DNA of 63,886 bases, filler included, from Octopus bimaculoides (taxonomy: Eukaryota): assembly GCF_001194135.2 (NCBI RefSeq). It is 8 parts of 8 records of this genome, joined end to end, with 100 filler letters (N's around TTAATTAATTAA, not from the genome) between each part and the next. Parts side by side here need not be neighbours in the genome. Positions count along the whole stretch, not along the records: positions 62,678 to 63,886 come from NW_026308047.1; 7 more parts are not named here. The stretch is one strand, 5' to 3'. Shown piece by piece: positions 63,641 through 63,886 of this stretch; positions within the stretch are counted from its first letter, which is position 1; every line of letters starts with the position of its first letter. Made by a program: the position numbers and the translations under genes. The notes below the pieces were generated by a model that was not told the origin of the DNA, searched no databases, and worked only from the letters and a program-made list of their open reading frames with translations.

Positions 63641-63879
63641 TTTCAAGATTTCTTGCCAATAGAGAAAGAGCCGGTTTCGTGTATGAATGTATGTGTGAGT
63701 ATGTATGTATGTATGTATGTATGTATGTATGTATGTNNNNNNNNNNGTATGTATGTATGTATGTATGTATGTATGTGTGAGTACGTATGTATGTATGATG
63801 TATACATGCATATACGTATGTGTATATGTAAGTATATCATTCAGTTTTATTTCAAGATTTCTTGCCAATAGAGAAAGAG
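63641..63879. repeat. 30-bp direct repeat flanking a (TATG)n tract
   Basis: tttcaagatttcttgccaatagagaaagag at 63641 and 63850. Confidence 0.9.
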
Positions 63880-63886
63880 TTGGTTT

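Overview
This is AT-rich eukaryotic non-coding DNA from a gappy short-read-style assembly. It is almost certainly octopus or another coleoid cephalopod; that is an inference from the SINE families and the very high microsatellite density. There is no intact, recognisable protein-coding gene. The window holds about 30 tRNA-derived SINE copies that mix heads, central domains (CORE-, V- and Meta-like) and 3' tails. It also holds three Dong/R4-type RLE LINE fragments tied to (TAA)n tracts, RTE and RTE-X LINE fragments, decayed hAT/Buster, Tc1/mariner and pogo DNA transposons, Penelope-like relics with hammerhead-like motifs, a possible mini-LTR with PBS, several foldback hairpins, and a repeat-plus-variable-spacer minisatellite. 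Several short candidate exons with good splice signals, mostly on the minus strand, suggest the window is largely intronic, but I cannot identify the host gene. Most ORFs in the supplied track are artefacts of N gaps or microsatellites. Repeat boundaries are read by eye and approximate.
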